A stretch of 64,000 bases of DNA from assembly GCA_942490825.1 (NCBI GenBank), contig CALNYG010000005.1, forward strand, positions 6,240 through 70,239, written 5' to 3'. How positions within the stretch are numbered: position 1 is the stretch's first letter; the number at the start of each line of letters is the position of its first letter. This DNA comes from Candidatus Moraniibacteriota bacterium. Its GTDB lineage: Bacteria; Patescibacteriota; Minisyncoccia; Moranbacterales; GCA-2747515. Shown piece after piece: positions 58,725 through 64,000 of the stretch. The notes under the pieces were generated by a model, which saw only the letters and a list, made by a program, of their open reading frames with translations, was not told the DNA's origin and did not search any database. Position numbers and translations under genes: made by a program.

Positions 58725-61700
58725 TTATTTTTTTGAAGAGATCTCATCATCTCTATATTCCACTACTTTCTCTCCAACTAAATCAACTTCTAAACATAAA
58801 CCTTTCAATTCATTAACTAGAACATGGAAGGATGCTGGTAGATTAGGGCTCTTAATTGCTTCACCTTTAATAATAGATTCGTAAGCTTTTGAACGACCCA
58901 TCACATCATCAGATTTAATGGTTAACATTTCTTGTAGTGTATGAGCAGCACCATAACCTTCTAGTGCCCATACTTCCATCTCTCCGAAACGCTGTCCACC
59001 AAATTGAGCTTTTCCACCTAATGGTTGCTGAGTAATTAATGAGTATGGCCCAATTGAACGCATATGCATCTTATCATCAACTAAATGATTTAATTTCATT
59101 ATGTACATAACTCCAACCGTTGATGCATTATCAAACTCACGTCCAGTTTTACCATCAACTAACTTAATTTTTCCAGATTCTGGTAACCCTGCAATTCTTA
59201 ATTCGCTTTTAATATTTTCTTCTGTTGCTCCATCTAAAGCTGGAGTTGCCACCGTATATCCATTTTCTTTAGCTGCCCAACCTAAATGAGTTTCTAAAAG
59301 CTGCCCAATATTCATACGTGAAGCGATACCCAAAGCATTAAGCACCACATCAACTGGAGTACCATCTGGAAGATATGGCATATCTTCTACTGGAGCGATT
59401 CGAGAAATAACACCTTTGTTTCCATGACGTCCTGCCATCTTATCACCAACTGAAATTTTTCTTAATTGAACTACTGAAACTTGAATTTGCTGACTTACTC
59501 CAGTAGGTAATCGATCACCATTTTCACGAGAGAAAATTTTAATTCCAACAACTTTTCCGTACTCACCATGCGGTACATATAATGAAGAATCTTTAACGTC
59601 TCTTGATTTCTCACCAAAAATAGCTCGCAATAATCTTTCTTCAGCTGTTAAATCTCCCTCACCTTTTGGCGTGATTTTTCCTACTAAAATATCTCCTGAA
59701 GATACTTCTGCTCCAACTCGAATAATTCCTTCTTCGTCTAAATTCTTTAATCGATCTTCACCAATATTTGGAATATCCCTAGTTACTACCTCTGGTCCTA
59801 ACTTTGTATCTCGAACATCAATAGTAAAATCTTCAATATGAACTGAACTATATCTATCTTCGTGCAATAATTTTTCTGAAACAATAATCGCATCCTCAAA
59901 GTTATAACCTTCCCATGAAGTAAAAGCTACTACCATATTTTGACCTAAAGCTAATTCTCCTTTGTCAGTTGATGCACCATCAGCTAATAGAGCTCCTTTT
60001 TTAACTTTATCGCCTTTACTTACTCGAGGAACCTGATTCATGGAGGTCATACTATTTGACTTTGCAAAAGTTTGTAATAAGTATTCTCTATTAAATTTCT
60101 TTTTCTTTGCTCCTGCTGGAGCATCTTCCTCAATAACAACGTGATTTGCATCTACCTTAACAACTGTTCCAGGTCTAACTGCAATCACTGCCTGACCTGA
60201 GTCGGCTGCTGCTTTGTCCTCAATGCCTGTACCAACTAATGGTGCTTCTGGTTTTACACAAGAAACTGCCTGACGTTGCATATTTGAACCCATCAAAGCA
60301 CGGTTAGCATCATTATGTTCTAAGAAAGGTATTAAAGATGTGGCTACTGAAATACATTGTTTTGGAGAAACATCCATATATTGAATATTTTTTGCATCAG
60401 AAATATCTGGATGACCAAAAACACGTGCCTCAACTATTTTCTCTACAATATTTCTATCATCATCCAGCTTAACACCTCCGTGAGCAATGGACATTCTATC
60501 TTCAACACTTGCATTGATATATTCAATATCTTTTTCTACAAAAGGCTTGACTTCAACAGTTTCAATTTTTTCTTTAATAATTTTTTTAGCATCATTCTCA
60601 TCAATCTTAGCTCCTTTCTTTACTCCTGCAACTTCTTTTTCAAGAATTCTACCTACTAGTTCTTCAACTTTATTTTTTACTTCTTTTTTAACTTTAAAAT
60701 AAGGCGTCTCAATAAAACCGTATTCATTAATTCGTGCATAAGTAGCCAAATGTCCTACTAAACCAATATTTGGTCCCTCTGGAGTCTCTACTGGGCAGAT
60801 ACGTCCGTAATGACTATGATGAACATCACGCACCTCAAAACCAGCTCTTTCTCGAGTTAAACCACCTGGTCCTAAGGCTGACAAACGACGTTTATGCTCC
60901 AACTCAGCTAATGGATTAACCTGATCCATAAATTGTGAAAGCTGTGAAGATGAATAAAATTCTTTAATTGAAGCAGATACTGGTCGTGAATTAATCAACT
61001 GACCTGGCACTACTGTATTAATATCACAAGTGCTCATTCGATCCTTAATGTTTCGGATCATTCGAGCAAATCCAACCCTCATCTTATTTTGAACTAATTC
61101 ACCAACTCCTCGTACTCGTCGATTTCCTAGATGATCAATATCATCAGCTTTAGCCATTGGATCATCATTCATTCGAATAATTTCTTTGATAACAAGAACT
61201 AACTCATCCAAACTTAAAATTCTATTTTCTTCATTATTTTCTTTTTCAACTTCTAACCGTTGATTTAAACGATAACGTCCCACTGCTCCAAAATCATAAC
61301 GATCAAAATTAAAAAACATTGTATCAATCATTTGTCTCGCATTGTCTTCTGTTGCTAAATCTCCTGGACGAACACGCTTATAAACTTCTTTATAAGCCTC
61401 TCCCTGACTTTTAGTTATATCTTTAGCAATAGTTTCTTCAATGTAATCAACATTCTGCAACTCAATGTTATCAAAAGCTCTTTTAATTTCTTCATCTGTA
61501 CTCAAACCAAAAGCTCGTAAAAGAGTAGTGATTGGCATTTTACGTTTTCGATCAATCTTTACTGAAATCACGCCATCTACATCACTGTCAATTTCTAACC
61601 AAGCTCCTCGATTTGGAATTATTTTTGCTCCAAAAAGTTTTTTTCCTTTTTGATATTCCATAGAAAAGAATACTCCAGGTGAACGAATCAACTGAGAAAC

Positions 61701-62141
61701 TACAACTCTCTCTACTCCATTGATAATAAAAGTACCTCGATCAGTCATTACTGGAAAATCTCCAAAGTAAATTTCTTGCTCTTTGATTTCACCTGTTTTT
61801 TTAAAAACTAATTTTGCTTTAGCTCTCAAAGGTGCTTCAAAAGATATATTTTTGTTTCGAGCTGTTAACTCGTCACATTTAGTCTCATCTAAATAGTAAT
61901 CTTCTATACTTAATTCTAAATCTTTACCTACAAAATCCACAATTGGATTCATCTCTTCTAACAATTCTTGAAATCCTTTTTCTAGGAACCAATTATATGA
62001 ATTCACCTGAGCTTCAATTAGATTTGGTAATGAAACCGCTAATTGCTTCTTGAAAAACTTTCTCTTAGACATAGAAGAAGAAGCTCCAAAATTCTCCTTG
62101 ACTTTTAACTTTTTTTCTTTAACCATAAAAAGACGTTCCAT
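58725..62141 (-). CDS. rpoB: DNA-directed RNA polymerase subunit beta
   Basis: 1138 aa with conserved blocks FMDQVNPLAELEHKRRLSALGPGGL, GRHGNKGVISRI and SMNVGQ-like NIGQLLETHLGWA. An alternative ATG at 62126 is possible. Confidence 0.97.
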   Translation of the reverse strand: MERLFMVKEKKLKVKENFGASSSMSKRKFFKKQLAVSLPNLIEAQVNSYNWFLEKGFQELLEEMNPIVDFVGKDLELSIEDYYLDETKCDELTARNKNISFEAPLRAKAKLVFKKTGEIKEQEIYFGDFPVMTDRGTFIINGVERVVVSQLIRSPGVFFSMEYQKGKKLFGAKIIPNRGAWLEIDSDVDGVISVKIDRKRKMPITTLLRAFGLSTDEEIKRAFDNIELQNVDYIEETIAKDITKSQGEAYKEVYKRVRPGDLATEDNARQMIDTMFFNFDRYDFGAVGRYRLNQRLEVEKENNEENRILSLDELVLVIKEIIRMNDDPMAKADDIDHLGNRRVRGVGELVQNKMRVGFARMIRNIKDRMSTCDINTVVPGQLINSRPVSASIKEFYSSSQLSQFMDQVNPLAELEHKRRLSALGPGGLTRERAGFEVRDVHHSHYGRICPVETPEGPNIGLVGHLATYARINEYGFIETPYFKVKKEVKNKVEELVGRILEKEVAGVKKGAKIDENDAKKIIKEKIETVEVKPFVEKDIEYINASVEDRMSIAHGGVKLDDDRNIVEKIVEARVFGHPDISDAKNIQYMDVSPKQCISVATSLIPFLEHNDANRALMGSNMQRQAVSCVKPEAPLVGTGIEDKAAADSGQAVIAVRPGTVVKVDANHVVIEEDAPAGAKKKKFNREYLLQTFAKSNSMTSMNQVPRVSKGDKVKKGALLADGASTDKGELALGQNMVVAFTSWEGYNFEDAIIVSEKLLHEDRYSSVHIEDFTIDVRDTKLGPEVVTRDIPNIGEDRLKNLDEEGIIRVGAEVSSGDILVGKITPKGEGDLTAEERLLRAIFGEKSRDVKDSSLYVPHGEYGKVVGIKIFSRENGDRLPTGVSQQIQVSVVQLRKISVGDKMAGRHGNKGVISRIAPVEDMPYLPDGTPVDVVLNALGIASRMNIGQLLETHLGWAAKENGYTVATPALDGATEENIKSELRIAGLPESGKIKLVDGKTGREFDNASTVGVMYIMKLNHLVDDKMHMRSIGPYSLITQQPLGGKAQFGGQRFGEMEVWALEGYGAAHTLQEMLTIKSDDVMGRSKAYESIIKGEAIKSPNLPASFHVLVNELKGLCLEVDLVGEKVVEYRDDEISSKK

Positions 62142-62150
62142 TAGAAACTT

Positions 62151-62180
62151 ACTTGATTTTCTAACGCCTCAAAATCAAGT
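62151..62180 (-). promoter_or_regulatory. Perfect 10-bp hairpin in the rpoB 5' leader
   Basis: acttgatttt / aaaatcaagt with a 10-nt loop, ending 10 nt upstream of the rpoB ATG. Confidence 0.4.
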
Positions 62181-62347
62181 AATGAACTCCTAATAGAATT
62201 TTAACTTTTAATTATATTAAATTGGTTGAATGATTTTTTTTGCATCCCCCGTGTGTTCTTCAATGTAGATTATGTTCTACTTTAAAAAGTGTAACAGTGT
62301 TTTAAAATTGTGTCAAATTTTTACCTATAAATTATATAAGTTAATTT

Positions 62348-62758
62348 TTATTTTATCTGCTTAATGCTATCAAAGTATATACCAAAATCCTTATTTTTAT
62401 TATCTTCAGACACATGAAAAAAATTTTCGTAATCTTCATCTTCCAATTTATAACCAATATTTCTGATTATACATAATATATTATCATCGACATCAAGATT
62501 TAAGCCTTCCTCGCACCATTCAATGTCAGAATTAGAAATCTTGTAAGCATCAAAATCTTCTTTTGAAACAGAATTTATTTGTATCCACCCACAACTCCAA
62601 CCCATTCCTTCACCCAATGTACAATTAGATAAATCGGCATCGGTTTCAGAAGAGCTGTATAACATAATGTCTTTTACGTTCATATAATCTTCATCTGTTA
62701 TGTATCCTTTGTACTCTTTATAAGAATATTTCAAATCACCAGCAGTATCCCCTGTCAC
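62348..62758 (-). CDS. Acidic hypothetical protein, possibly 5'-truncated by IS256 copy B
   Basis: 136 aa from a GTG. The frame stays open up to the IS terminus at 62769 and hits a stop only inside the IS. Confidence 0.4.
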   Translation of the reverse strand: MTGDTAGDLKYSYKEYKGYITDEDYMNVKDIMLYSSSETDADLSNCTLGEGMGWSCGWIQINSVSKEDFDAYKISNSDIEWCEEGLNLDVDDNILCIIRNIGYKLEDEDYENFFHVSEDNKNKDFGIYFDSIKQIK

Positions 62759-62768
62759 CGAAAATTTT

Positions 62769-64000
62769 GAGACCCTTCACAAAATTGTGTCTGATAGTAA
62801 AATTAAATTAATAAATTTAATAATAAAATCATGTCAGACAAGAAAAATAGAACCGAAGAATTATTAGAAAAAAACATAAAAACTTAAGAGAAAATCTAGA
62901 TGATTTATCCATGGATAAATTCATAGGAAAAACAATAGAAACCTTAATGCTAATAGAAAGAGATGAGTATTTAGAAGATATTAATAAAACTAAAAAAGAT
63001 AAAGGAAATGGATCATACGGAAGAGCTATGAATTCATTATCAAAAAACTCATTACTTGTTCATATTCCAAGAACTAGAACAGGATTATTCTCTCCAGCAA
63101 CACTAGAACTTTTAAAAATTAACAGAGAAAAAGTAGATGAAATAGCTTTATCTTTATATAAAAAAGGAATGACTTCCAATGACATTAATGAATTTTTAAA
63201 TGAAATTTTTGAAGAAAACATGTCTCCTGCTAAGATATCTAATTTAGCAAAAGTATTTAATAAATTTAGAATAGCTTGGCAAAATTCCAAATTAGAAAAA
63301 CATTACAAAGTTGTTTATGGAGATGTAATTTTCATTACTGTGCGAAGAGGTGATGAATACGCTAAGGAAGGTGTATTTATTGCTTTTGGAGTAAGAGAAG
63401 ATAATAGACGAGAATTGCTTTGTTTAAGTCAAAATCCAACCGAATCAGCAGAATTTTGGAAAGAATTATTGCAAGATTTAAGAGAAGAAAGAGGTGTTCA
63501 ACAAATAGATTTATTTGTAGCTGATGGATTAAAAAATTTAGAAAATGTATTTTTAGAAATATATCCCCAAGGAGAATTTCAAAAGTGCGTAGTTCATAAA
63601 CAAAGAAATATTTTAAACAAAACAAGACCGAAAGATAAAAAAGAAATAGGAGAAGATTTAAAAGAAATATTTAATAATTTTGAAGAAAATGATACAATTG
63701 AAAAAGCCTTGAAAAAGTAAATAATTTTTTAGAAAAATGGAAAACAAAATATCCAAATTTTAAAAATCATTTTACAGAAATTGAATATTATTTTACATAT
63801 ATTAAATTCAATCCTCGAGTAAGAAGAATGATTTATACAACTAATTCAATTGAAAATTTGAATAGGCAAATTAGAAAAACTACAAAGAATAAATTATCAT
63901 TTGAATCTCCCGAAAGATTATTGGACTATGTATTTATGGTTATTAAGGAGTTTGAAGAAAAAAATTATATGAAATATCCTGTTTCTAATTTTAAATATTT
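62769..64000 (+). mobile_element. IS256-family insertion sequence, copy B (right end beyond the window), inverted relative to copy A
   Basis: It begins with GAGACCCTTCACAAAATTGTGTCTGATAG, identical to the copy A end, and is collinear with copy A to the window edge. Confidence 0.9.
62831..64000 (+). pseudogene. IS256-family transposase with two 1-nt homopolymer frameshifts
   Basis: A5 at 62878-62882 versus A6 in copy A, and A5 at 63712-63716 versus A6 in copy A. Each shift breaks the frame, and there are a few substitutions as well. Confidence 0.8.

Overview
AT-rich, gene-dense bacterial window with most genes on the minus strand. It looks like a small-genome Patescibacteria/CPR-type organism. 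That is an inference from four things: native genes lack Shine-Dalgarno motifs, the 23S-5S rRNA pair has no adjacent 16S, the 23S carries a ~250-nt helical insertion, and there are many small membrane or secreted hypotheticals. The standard genetic code fits, since rpoB and rpoC read through intact.

Core genes: efp (partial), cca, a lepB-like gene, typA, rbfA, a DHH phosphoesterase, argS, a beta-CASP MBL nuclease, NIF3, hpf, rpoB, rpoC, 23S and 5S rRNA, and tRNA-Arg(CCU), tRNA-Cys(GCA) and tRNA-Leu(UAA).

Accessory content:
- Three 1296-bp ISL3-family copies and two IS256-family copies make up about 10% of the window.
- Two inverted ISL3 copies bracket a fructokinase + sucrose phosphorylase pair. 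Their swapped 8-bp target duplications show the intervening 3.4 kb has been inverted.
- The third ISL3 copy splits a HEPN-like gene and has a clean 8-bp TSD.
- A 0.7-kb foreign-looking insert carries the only strong SD sites in the window. It is flanked by direct repeats of the 3' end of a second HEPN (DUF4209-like) gene.
- Other accessory features are a single-chain nuclease-methylase-specificity (R-M-S) restriction enzyme, a relic of another RM gene, and a ~10-kb efflux cluster (CsoR-like repressor, two MFPs, RND pump, BASS-type permease, MacB-type ABC).
- Intergenic DNA holds a modular nested-palindrome repeat family (ATGTCAT...ATGACAT) and a GC-rich 17-mer present five times.

Several reading frames break at A/T homopolymers: argS, all ISL3 transposases, and IS256 copy B. 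Sequencing error and slippage cannot be told apart from sequence alone. No CRISPR array, prophage or clearly novel multi-gene system could be demonstrated. The most unusual items are listed as findings with explicit tests.
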